Assembly (NCBI GenBank): GCA_964491925.1
Contig: CAZBGZ010000001.1
Coordinates: 257,621-321,620 of the forward strand
From: an uncultured Candidatus Saccharibacteria bacterium
Lineage (GTDB): Bacteria; Patescibacteriota; Saccharimonadia; Saccharimonadales; JAGQNJ01
DNA: 64,000 bases
Direction: 5' to 3'
Part shown: piece after piece, positions 56,601 through 64,000 of the stretch
Position numbering within the stretch: the first letter of the stretch is position 1
Layout: each line of letters starts with the position of its first letter
Notes under the pieces: generated by a model
The model's input: only the letters and a program-made list of their open reading frames with translations
Database searches by the model: none
Told to the model about the DNA's origin: nothing
Program-made: the position numbers and the translations under genes

Positions 56601-56785
56601 TCCCAGAATCCAGACGAGTCCCTTGTGAAGATGCTGCACCAAACGAACCTGCTGATTCAGATCGAATAGCTGAAGTATTCAACTTTAGCCCGGAGGCATA
56701 TATGACGCCACTTAACGTCAGCCTGCAGTCGGCTGTACCATTCCAAAAGTACGATTCTATCACGAGCCTACCCCCAGTATTTTAA
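53666..56785 (+). CDS. Large (1039 aa) membrane-anchored surface protein immediately upstream of the type IV pilus operon
   Basis: N-terminal TM anchor (LFVGLAVSIVFVSLGLSLWLISGGLF). Long Asn/Gly/Thr-rich extracellular region with beta-helix-like repeats (VVVVNGNLYIDKNIEY...VVVIVKGNISISPD). Confidence 0.5.
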   Translation: MKDDTINSESESTTKNSNDGYIGGEPAEINTTIINKASKNKKRTLFVGLAVSIVFVSLGLSLWLISGGLFNQTNNGKLPITIGAVTITQKDVDKYVSAISAIEKRGKNTKVYGNPKQLAIDDLIMNAALRKESFENNQALTDQQIKELYKLPDNVNPSNFYNNKSSYDIDSIQFYESLKKDINSSMLSLDGRIIDQKTLFVVSVPFDTKFFNSQTNQKTLKQIHTKAKNQLKNEILPLFINGKSREDIIKKVDINSALDVGKNNILYQQKPVTVATSIQNYNSVVGYSKESGVITPTNFDDVGLLPQKFSDQDNADYGIKLQNLEDTNKKTELLENKGDHTAVFTSKTGAYMIMRLENKTDNKYNNWKDFLEIYKKDVAKIAHNQQLSSHIANNKSKAIGGAKRAKDLLTKMPVAHAQQGNYSCNVEIGGLRISGSGNSVKSDVRVTGSNSNCHRYATLAMWDRRNQSGLPLRNQILLGSDTQELDAGHSYVLEVPIPTCVYWQADLLGQQSPTSVTNGNANYVIPPDILVGYMLGGQGNTGAGCQQPTGPECTLTVTPSTLPAGGGTVTVRWTSSHNQSGYIDNGIGELGNVNTPTDRFGEDTTVNVSQSTTFTGRWTADNGGIATCQDSVTVGGVIDVCPNIDGIQDRIPDGLHFDANGDCVGPTTRPPPTFKPYLRVYGNDVIVGSAFSDTETCGTNSSARIRAFTHSAIEGGRRISTGSSGQYGVFDYAGVQDPDNSGLANGIENFFSDNLRSKASVQTGYGWLTYGAANDLTFGNYYVARPMPDPRHPGQEIVYGGRVGGYGGQSGILHCIPDYYKRVTETGRAAIPGGTMSAVAPTLASPIDDGQREVVVVNGNLYIDKNIEYKNADTVNGWSSIDKIPSVVVIVKGNISISPDVTRLDGIFVAQPDDSNNKGEIYTCGDSTGPLDLQRGGRDVISEICRKKLTINGSFIAKKAVFYRTNGSVLCPDNQNTVFPESRRVPCEDAAPNEPADSDRIAEVFNFSPEAYMTPLNVSLQSAVPFQKYDSITSLPPVF

Positions 56786-56846
56786 TCAAAAAGAACAAAA
56801 ATATACTTGCTTTCGACGGTTATGCTTATGGTATACTGGTCATAAG

Positions 56847-57887
56847 ATGAGTTTATTGTCCGGAGTATCTGATTTTTTTGGACTTGATCTCGGCACCACA
56901 GCAGTTAGAGTTGTAGAGTTAAGAGGGGGTGGGCCGACCAAGCAGTTGTTTAAGTACGCCTCTGCGCCAATAAATAGCGCGATTGTTTCTAGTGACGCTG
57001 ATAGTGACCAGCATAAAGTAGCCCAAGTTATTCATGATTTAATAACTACGTCCCAAATATCAACTAGAAATGTTGCCGTAGGCATTCCGTCGTATAAGGT
57101 ATTCACAACAGTAGTGGATATAGATAGACTATCGCCTAATGATCTAGCTAAGACTATCCGACTTCAGGCTGATTCTCTCATACCAACACCGCTTTCAGAA
57201 TCAAAAATAGATTGGGCAGTTATTGGAGATTCCCCCCAGGATAAATCCAAACAAGAAGTTTTGTTGACCAGTGTTACTAACGAGTATATAGAAAAACAAT
57301 TGGATATTTTGGAGTCTATTGGCCTGAATGTTATAGCCTTTGAGCCGGACAACCTGGCTTTAGCCCGCGCACTGGTAGCTCCTGAATCGACAAATCCACA
57401 GGTTGTTTTGGATATAGGCCACAAGACTACGGATCTAGTGATAGTAATGAATGGTGCCCCCAGGCTCACCAGGTCTATACCGACTGGGTCTGAGGCTATT
57501 TTACGCTCAGCTGTACAGAACTTGAGCATAGAGCAGAAGCAAGCCGAACAATTTGTTTTCAAATTTGGTTTAAATAAGAACAAGCTAGAGGGACAAATCT
57601 ACCAGTCTATTATCGGCACTGTCGACCTAATCGTGGCTGAAGTCGAAAAATCTATTAAATTTTTCCAAACACGTTACGTTGACACACCTATTGATAGAAT
57701 TATAGTTACCGGTAACGCAGCTGGTCTGCCAGAGTTCCCACTTTACGTTGCCAATAAAACAGGCCTAAAAGTGGAAATAGGCAATGCCTGGAGAAATGTA
57801 GCATACCCCCAATCCCAGCAAAATGAACTACTATCGGTGTCTAACAATTTTGGAGTATCAATCGGTCTGGCGGAGAGAATAGAATGA
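56847..57887 (+). CDS. pilM: Type IV pilus assembly protein PilM
   Basis: Actin-like ATPase fold with the N-terminal GLDLGTTAVRVVEL motif. First gene of the pilMNO block. Confidence 0.75.
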   Translation: MSLLSGVSDFFGLDLGTTAVRVVELRGGGPTKQLFKYASAPINSAIVSSDADSDQHKVAQVIHDLITTSQISTRNVAVGIPSYKVFTTVVDIDRLSPNDLAKTIRLQADSLIPTPLSESKIDWAVIGDSPQDKSKQEVLLTSVTNEYIEKQLDILESIGLNVIAFEPDNLALARALVAPESTNPQVVLDIGHKTTDLVIVMNGAPRLTRSIPTGSEAILRSAVQNLSIEQKQAEQFVFKFGLNKNKLEGQIYQSIIGTVDLIVAEVEKSIKFFQTRYVDTPIDRIIVTGNAAGLPEFPLYVANKTGLKVEIGNAWRNVAYPQSQQNELLSVSNNFGVSIGLAERIE

Positions 57888-58570
57888 TCCAATTTAATCT
57901 ATTACCATCTGTAAAGATTGAGTATATAAAAGCAGCTAGGACGAAGCGTTTAGTAATCACAGTTGCTATTTTAGCGGCCGGTTTTGCATTCCTTTTGTTC
58001 ATGATCCTATTCATAAACGTTAATGTGATACAAACAAAGCATATCGAGAACGTTACAAAAGACATCAAAGATAATGTGTCTAAATTGGAAGCAGTTGAGG
58101 ATATTGACAAAGTTCTTACGGTTCAAAACCAGCTGAAAGCACTACCGCCACTACACGAACAAAAACCTGCAGCTAATAGAGCGCTTAGTTATGTCCGAAA
58201 ATTGACACCCAAAGCAGCGAGCGTATCGCAGGCATTAATTGACTTTGATGAGTCTACAATTAGCATTGATGGTACGGCGAACTCTCTTGTAACAGTCAAT
58301 AAGTTCGTTGATACGTTGAAGTTTACAAAATATACTGTGGAAGGCGGTGATGATCAGAAAAATGCATTTTCAGAAGTGGTGCTAAATACATTCAGTATCA
58401 ATGACGGCGGGGCCACATTCCAAATCAAATTAAAATTTGATCCAGTTATTTTTGACAATACTAAAGACGCGCAGCTAATTGTACCGAGCATTATATCTAC
58501 CAGATCACAAACAGAAAAACCAACCGATCTGTTCAAGGCGCCACCAGTTACTAAGGATAGAGAAAACTAG
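57884..58570 (+). CDS. pilN: Type IV pilus assembly protein PilN
   Basis: N-terminal QFNLLP motif, then a single TM helix. Its start overlaps the pilM stop. Confidence 0.6.
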   Translation: MIQFNLLPSVKIEYIKAARTKRLVITVAILAAGFAFLLFMILFINVNVIQTKHIENVTKDIKDNVSKLEAVEDIDKVLTVQNQLKALPPLHEQKPAANRALSYVRKLTPKAASVSQALIDFDESTISIDGTANSLVTVNKFVDTLKFTKYTVEGGDDQKNAFSEVVLNTFSINDGGATFQIKLKFDPVIFDNTKDAQLIVPSIISTRSQTEKPTDLFKAPPVTKDREN

Positions 58571-58581
58571 TAAGGAAAATC

Positions 58582-59250
58582 ATGGCAAAAAGACACGTAT
58601 CACAAAAAGTAACCCAAATCGACAAGGCAAACACCACTATGGTTGTAGTCGTGGCCGTGTCCGCATTCATAGTTGTTTTTTCACTTGTAGCCAGTCACGC
58701 TCTTTGGTCCAAGATGTCTTACCAGAGCAAGATCATAGGAGCCAAAGAAAAGGCCAGGGACCAGTTGATAGCAAATATTAATACAGTTGGTAATCTGGTG
58801 GTCTCTTATAAAGCATTTGTAGAAACAGCCGATAATATACTAGGCGGCAGCCCATCTGGAAAAGGCGACAAAGCTGGGAACAACGCAAAGATTGTTCTAG
58901 ATGCGTTGCCGAGCAAATACGATTTTCCGGGGCTGACAACAAGCATCGAAAAAATTCTAAAAAATAACAATAGTTCTATAAACAGTATTAGTGGGACTGA
59001 TGACGAGCTTACCCAGGCGGGTAAAAATGATAGTAATCAGCCAATTGCAATGTCGTTCAAACTTTCTGCTACCGGGACATATGACTCTACACAGAAATTA
59101 CTGGGATTACTGCAGAATTCAATAAGACCAATTCACATCAGGCAGCTCGGGTTGGCCAGTACTGAAAATGGGATAGAAGCAACTGTCACTGCAGACAGCT
59201 ACTATCAGCCGGAAAAAACTCTAACTATTCAGAAAAAGGTGGTTAAGTAG
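58582..59250 (+). CDS. PilO-like pilus assembly protein
   Basis: N-terminal TM helix and periplasmic domain. Position between pilN and pilB. Confidence 0.4.
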   Translation: MAKRHVSQKVTQIDKANTTMVVVVAVSAFIVVFSLVASHALWSKMSYQSKIIGAKEKARDQLIANINTVGNLVVSYKAFVETADNILGGSPSGKGDKAGNNAKIVLDALPSKYDFPGLTTSIEKILKNNNSSINSISGTDDELTQAGKNDSNQPIAMSFKLSATGTYDSTQKLLGLLQNSIRPIHIRQLGLASTENGIEATVTADSYYQPEKTLTIQKKVVK

Positions 59251-59251
59251 C

Positions 59252-59503
59252 ATGAAGCAAAAAGATGTTGTAGTCATAGCAGTAGCCATAGTTATTAGCG
59301 GTTTTATTTCGTATTTTGTATCTAATGCCTTGTTTTCATCCCCCAAACGTCTTAAGGCAGAGGTTGAAGTCGTAGAGCCGATAAGTGCTAACTTCAACCA
59401 GCCAGACAAACGCTATTTCAATAAGTCCTCTATCAACCCCACCCAAACAATTACTATAGGCGATAGCGAGAATCAACAACCATTTCAGCAGACGAGTAAC
59501 TAA
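59252..59503 (+). CDS. Small membrane protein, PilP-like position
   Basis: 83 aa with an N-terminal TM helix. Translationally coupled to the upstream gene. Confidence 0.3.
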   Translation: MKQKDVVVIAVAIVISGFISYFVSNALFSSPKRLKAEVEVVEPISANFNQPDKRYFNKSSINPTQTITIGDSENQQPFQQTSN

Positions 59504-59517
59504 GGGAGACTAGACCT

Positions 59518-61308
59518 ATGAGTGTCTTGTCCGAAGATATACAAAAACAAGTCGAACAGGCTTTAATTAGCAAAAATTTGCTCGATGTTGATTTGGCGAA
59601 ACGACTGCGGCAAAAAGCTACTGATCAGAGTACGCCATTTTTACAATTGCTAGTAGTCGAGGGTGGTATATCAAATGAACTTCTGACAAAAACAATAGCT
59701 AACGTCACCAATGTCCCTTATGTAAATCTCAGCAACGCAAAAGTAGATGCCAGTGTGTTGGCATTGTTGCCTCAAGATATCGCTGAACTATATATGACTG
59801 TGCCATTGGGCGAGATGCAACATCGTCTGGTGGTTGCAATGCTGGATGCAGACAATATACAAGCCGTTGATTTCCTGTCAAATAAAATAGGTCGACCACT
59901 GAAGGTATACGCCGCCTCTGAAGAGGGCATCCGAAGGGTGCTGAGCCAGTACAAGTCTAAGATAGATCAAAATGTAGCCAACGCCTTCAAAAAGCCAGAC
60001 GAAACAACTGAAACAGAGTCCTCGAAAGAGGCTGCAATAGCACAAAATAATATAGAGTCAGTTGTTGCTGATTCACCAATTAGCAAAGCGTTGTCTGCGA
60101 TACTCGAATATGCCGCAAACAACCGAGCTAGCGATATACACATTGAACCATTGGCGGAAGAGATTAAAATACGAGCTCGAATAGATGGTGTACTTCGTGA
60201 AATAATGAGATTGCCAAAAAGCACAGAAGCTCCTCTAGTATCGAGAATAAAAATTTTGGCTAGTTTGAAGATTGACGAACACCGGATTCCGCAGGATGGA
60301 CAATTTACCGTTCGTGTGGCCAGGCGTGATATAGACCTCCGAATTGCGATATCTCCAGTGGTATGGGGGGAGCAAGTTGTAATCAGGCTGCTAGACAAAT
60401 CTGGTACCAGTCTAAAGCTAGAAGAAATGGGATATATGGGTCGCTCTCTTAAGCAAATTAGGGAAGCGCTGAAGTTTTCTAATGGCATGGTTCTTACATC
60501 TGGCCCAACAGGATCAGGAAAATCTACATCGATGTATGCCTTGATCCAGGAAATTAAGAGTGAAGAAATAAACATAGTCACGTTGGAAGATCCAGTTGAA
60601 TACAAAATGCCAGGCGTAAACCAAATACAGGTTAATAACGAAGTAGGGCTGACTTTTGCTAGTGGTCTGAGATCTATACTGCGTCAAGACCCGAATGTTG
60701 TAATGGTGGGAGAAATTAGAGATAAAGAAACCGCTCAGTTATCGGTTCAGGCTGCATTAACGGGGCACCTTGTGTTTTCGACACTGCATACAAACTCCGC
60801 TGCTGGCATTTTGCCGCGGCTACTTGATATGGGCATAGAGCCATTTCTAATCGCCAGTACCGTTCGGGCAGTTATCGGCCAAAGACTAGTTAGGCGTATT
60901 GGCGATGATAAAGAAGAATACAAGTCCACTCCAACTGAAACAGAGGCTATTAGGGCGACCATTGGTCATTTATTGCCCGAAACTGAACAAGAGGCAGCTA
61001 AAGTTGCACTTGAATTAGGTTATAAAAGCTTGCCACTAAGGGGCCAAACCGCTTATACTTTGTACAAGGGCAAAGACAGCCCCGATGCGCCTGGTGGATA
61101 TAAGGGACGAATGGGCTTGTATGAGGTATTTAATATCAACGAAGATATTCAAAATCTCATACTAAAGCATTCAACAAGTGCTGAAATCCAAAAAGCAGCA
61201 CAAGCCCAAGGCATGATAAGCATGCGTCAAGACGGGTACTTGAAAGCTTTGGCCGGGTTAACAACACTTGCAGAGGTAAATAGGGTGGCGGGAACAGAAA
61301 GCGCCTAG
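59518..61308 (+). CDS. pilB: Type IV pilus assembly ATPase PilB (GspE family)
   Basis: N-terminal GSPII_E N-domain, Walker A SGPTGSGKSTS, Asp box, Walker B VMVGEIRD, His box and the tetracysteine region replaced. 596 aa. Confidence 0.9.
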   Translation: MSVLSEDIQKQVEQALISKNLLDVDLAKRLRQKATDQSTPFLQLLVVEGGISNELLTKTIANVTNVPYVNLSNAKVDASVLALLPQDIAELYMTVPLGEMQHRLVVAMLDADNIQAVDFLSNKIGRPLKVYAASEEGIRRVLSQYKSKIDQNVANAFKKPDETTETESSKEAAIAQNNIESVVADSPISKALSAILEYAANNRASDIHIEPLAEEIKIRARIDGVLREIMRLPKSTEAPLVSRIKILASLKIDEHRIPQDGQFTVRVARRDIDLRIAISPVVWGEQVVIRLLDKSGTSLKLEEMGYMGRSLKQIREALKFSNGMVLTSGPTGSGKSTSMYALIQEIKSEEINIVTLEDPVEYKMPGVNQIQVNNEVGLTFASGLRSILRQDPNVVMVGEIRDKETAQLSVQAALTGHLVFSTLHTNSAAGILPRLLDMGIEPFLIASTVRAVIGQRLVRRIGDDKEEYKSTPTETEAIRATIGHLLPETEQEAAKVALELGYKSLPLRGQTAYTLYKGKDSPDAPGGYKGRMGLYEVFNINEDIQNLILKHSTSAEIQKAAQAQGMISMRQDGYLKALAGLTTLAEVNRVAGTESA

Positions 61309-61332
61309 TAAAAAGGGGAATTTAACATAATT

Positions 61333-62427
61333 ATGGGCACGACAAATACAACCAGTACATCTCAGGGAGAGATAAGAATCGAACCATTACTGGATGAAGT
61401 AATAAAGAAAAAAGCTTCAGATCTTCATCTTCAGGTTGGCCTACCTCCTATTCTGAGAATTGATGGTAAGCTTGGGCCTGTTTCTGAAGCCAACTTGCTC
61501 ACCGAAGAAAGTATCGAGACTTTAATTTTCTCAATTTTAGATGATGATCAAAAAAAGATTCTCCTAAAAGACAAAGAATTTGATTTTAGTTTTGCATACG
61601 GTGATTTAGGTAGATTCCGTGTTAATGCTTTCCATGAGCGTGGCAACATTGCCGCGGCATTACGGCTCATTCCCAACCAATTATTGACAGTAGAGCAACT
61701 AGGATTGCCACAAATTGTCAATAAATTTGCTGATTTCCCTAGGGGTTTGGTGCTGGTTACTGGTCCAACAGGGTCTGGTAAATCGACCACACTGGCTGCC
61801 CTAGTGGATAAGATAAATACTGAGCGATCCGACCATATAGTTACCATTGAAGACCCAGTAGAATTTACCCATAAATCCAAGAAATCTGTAGTTGTACAGC
61901 GTGAAGTTCATTATGATACCTATTCGTTTTCAGCCGCTCTTAGGAGTAGTCTGCGCCAGGATCCAGACGTAGTATTGATAGGTGAAATGCGTGACCTAGA
62001 GACGATTGCAGCGGCTATTACAATTGCCGAGACAGGACATCTAGTTTTTGCCACATTACACACTAATAGTGCGGCTCAATCAATCGATAGGATGATTGAT
62101 GTTTTTCCTCCTCACCAACAACCACAAATTCGTTCTCAATTGGCAAATATACTAATGGCAATATGTTCTCAGCGATTAATTCCGTCAATTGGCGGAGGAA
62201 GGCGTGCAGCTGCGGAAATTTTGATTGCTACCCCAGCCGTAAGAAATATTATTCGCGAAGGAAAGAGCCACCAGCTAGAAGCAGTTATACAAACGGGATC
62301 AGAATTTGGCATGCAATCTATGGATAAAACACTAGTTGGGATGGTTCAAAAAGGTCTTATTACTTATGATGAGGCCCGAAACTACGCTGTTGATCTAGAC
62401 GAGTTAGACCGAATGATGAGGGCCTGA
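61333..62427 (+). CDS. pilT: Twitching motility retraction ATPase PilT
   Basis: Walker A TGPTGSGKSTT, VLIGEMRD, the His box ATLHTNSAAQSIDR and an AIRNLIREGK-like motif (AVRNIIREGK). 364 aa. Confidence 0.9.
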   Translation: MGTTNTTSTSQGEIRIEPLLDEVIKKKASDLHLQVGLPPILRIDGKLGPVSEANLLTEESIETLIFSILDDDQKKILLKDKEFDFSFAYGDLGRFRVNAFHERGNIAAALRLIPNQLLTVEQLGLPQIVNKFADFPRGLVLVTGPTGSGKSTTLAALVDKINTERSDHIVTIEDPVEFTHKSKKSVVVQREVHYDTYSFSAALRSSLRQDPDVVLIGEMRDLETIAAAITIAETGHLVFATLHTNSAAQSIDRMIDVFPPHQQPQIRSQLANILMAICSQRLIPSIGGGRRAAAEILIATPAVRNIIREGKSHQLEAVIQTGSEFGMQSMDKTLVGMVQKGLITYDEARNYAVDLDELDRMMRA

Positions 62428-62436
62428 TAATAGACT

Positions 62437-63654
62437 ATGCTTACATTCAAATACACCGCCAGAGACCCGATTAGTGGGAAAAAGGTATCTGATAAGATTT
62501 CAGCTGAATCTGAACAAGCTGCAACTAAAGCTATCCAGAACGAAGGGCTTGCCCCGATTACAATAACGCCTATGAACGATTCAAAAGGTGGGATTAATAG
62601 GTTTACCCATAGGATAAAAACAAAAGATAAGGTTTTATTTTCTCGACAATTATCTACCCTTATTAATGCGGGGCTACCCCTGGTGCAGAGCTTGAGGAAT
62701 GTTTCAGGCCAAACCCAAAACAAAAAACTCCAAATAATAATCAACGATATTATCACTGACGTTGAATCGGGGCTAGCATTCTCGGCCGCTTTAGCAAAAT
62801 TCCCAGAGGTTTTTGATAACGTTTTTATTAACCTGGTCGCAGCAGGTGAGGCCTCGGGAACACTGGACAAGGCTCTAGACAGAATCGCAAACCAGAAAGA
62901 AAAAGACGCTGAAATTATCAGTAAGGTTCGGGGAGCTATGGTCTATCCGATAATTGTTTTATGCGTTATGGCGGCGGTGGTCATATTTATGATAGTTGGC
63001 GTTTTGCCAACTATAGAGCAAGTTTACAAAGGTATCCCGGGTGCTGAACTGCCATTTGTAACCAAGGCATTGTTAGGAATCGCGCACTTTACTATAAAAT
63101 TCTGGTGGCTAGAAATTATCCTGCTAATTGCAATTGTTTTCTCTACAAGTCGCTGGGCCCGTACGATCGGAGGGAAAAGAATTATAGATAAGTTAAAAAT
63201 GCGAGCATGGCCGATAGGGCGGTTATTTATGAAACTCTACATGGCTAGATTTACAAGGGTAGGATCCACTCTGGTGGCAAGTGGTGTGCCACTAATCCAA
63301 ATGCTCGAAATTACAGGCAAGTCCGTGAGTAATATTCACATAGAAGAGTCTATTGGCCGGGTGATTGAGAAAGTCAAAGGGGGCAAAGCTTTATCTGATT
63401 CTTTGAAGGGAGACCCCAATTTCTTAGAGTTGGTACCCGATATGCTGCATATTGGTGAGCAGTCTGGGTCGGTCGAGCAAATGCTATCCAAAACAGCGGA
63501 TTATTACGAGAGGGAAGTCGACAATGAGATTAAGGCAATATCAACAATTATTGAACCAGCGTTAATGATCTTGATGGGTATAGTGGCTATAACTATCGTT
63601 ACGGCGATTCTATTACCAGTTTACAGTTTGGTAGGGAAGGATATTATAAAGTAG
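62437..63654 (+). CDS. pilC: Type IV pilus inner-membrane platform protein PilC (GspF family)
   Basis: Two GspF repeats with TM segments. 405 aa. Follows pilB/pilT. Confidence 0.85.
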   Translation: MLTFKYTARDPISGKKVSDKISAESEQAATKAIQNEGLAPITITPMNDSKGGINRFTHRIKTKDKVLFSRQLSTLINAGLPLVQSLRNVSGQTQNKKLQIIINDIITDVESGLAFSAALAKFPEVFDNVFINLVAAGEASGTLDKALDRIANQKEKDAEIISKVRGAMVYPIIVLCVMAAVVIFMIVGVLPTIEQVYKGIPGAELPFVTKALLGIAHFTIKFWWLEIILLIAIVFSTSRWARTIGGKRIIDKLKMRAWPIGRLFMKLYMARFTRVGSTLVASGVPLIQMLEITGKSVSNIHIEESIGRVIEKVKGGKALSDSLKGDPNFLELVPDMLHIGEQSGSVEQMLSKTADYYEREVDNEIKAISTIIEPALMILMGIVAITIVTAILLPVYSLVGKDIIK

Positions 63655-63755
63655 CAAACCCGCGCAGTTAATCCGCTTGCATTTGTTTCCAGAGAGAGTT
63701 AATATTTAAAGCATAAGTATAATAATCTATGCACGTATAAGGGGGCATAAAACGG

Positions 63756-64000
63756 CATGAAAAAACTAAAAGAAATAAATCAACAAGGATTTACGATTAT
63801 CGAGGTTATGATAGTGCTTGTAATAGCATCAGTCATTCTTCTGATTGTATTTTTGGCTGTTCCAGCACTACAAAGAAATTCTCGGAATAATCAACGAAAG
63901 AACGACGTTAGCCGTATATTAAGTGCGATTACGGAATGGTCAAACAATAACAATGGGAAACTACCTGCCACGGATGATGAAAAAGTTTCAGCACTTCTTA
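63756..64000 (+). CDS. pilA: Type IV pilin (prepilin, 3' partial)
   Basis: Leader MKKLKEINQQG followed by FTIIEVMIVLVIASVILLIVF, a class III signal with Glu+5. SD AAGGGGG upstream. The ORF runs off the window end. Confidence 0.75.

Noticed and set aside
1-64000. CRISPR arrays, tRNA or rRNA genes
   Set aside because: No short regularly spaced direct repeats, no cloverleaf-like candidates in intergenic regions, and no rRNA-like conserved stretches were seen on inspection. This was by eye only, so a search tool could still find a missed tRNA.

Overview
This 64 kb chromosomal segment is moderately AT-rich and gene-dense, and its content and synteny fit a reduced-genome Gram-positive-like bacterium. 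The co-occurrence of a complete type IV pilus cluster, many GTG/TTG starts and leaderless-type promoters makes Saccharibacteria/TM7 the best guess, but this is inference only. TAG, TGA and TAA all terminate genes here, so the genetic code looks standard.

The window has three parts:

1. Positions 1 to about 36.4 kb are mostly housekeeping genes on the + strand: the dnaG 3' end and rpoD, a nucleotide kinase, a polyprenyl synthase coupled to a phytoene/squalene-synthase-like gene, polA, a NUDIX hydrolase, mutM, holA, rpsT, truB, rpsO-pnp, a family-4 UDG, RNase J, ftsK, rpsF-ssb-rpsR, efp, tlyA, crp and ychF. Several atypical loci interrupt this part. They are a FtsK/HerA-like ATPase module on the minus strand, a WhiB-like regulator, and a PEP-utilizing mobile domain that follows an unknown ORF across an in-frame TAG.

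2. Positions about 36.4 to 53.4 kb are an integrated mobile element inserted at the 5' end of ychF. It carries three large serine recombinases, an excisionase-like HTH, an XRE repressor, a putative replication ATPase, a ParB-like protein and a Fic-HTH protein. Most notably, it carries a complete diversity-generating retroelement (DGR). The DGR has a 659 aa target gene ending in a variable repeat (VR), and a template repeat (TR) whose AAC codons sit exactly at the variable sites. It also has an Avd-like accessory gene and a reverse transcriptase with the IGxxxSQ and YGDD motifs.

3. Positions about 53.7 to 64 kb hold a 1039 aa surface protein followed by the type IV pilus operon pilM-pilN-pilO-(pilP-like)-pilB-pilT-pilC and a pilin gene.

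No rRNA genes, tRNA genes or CRISPR arrays were seen.
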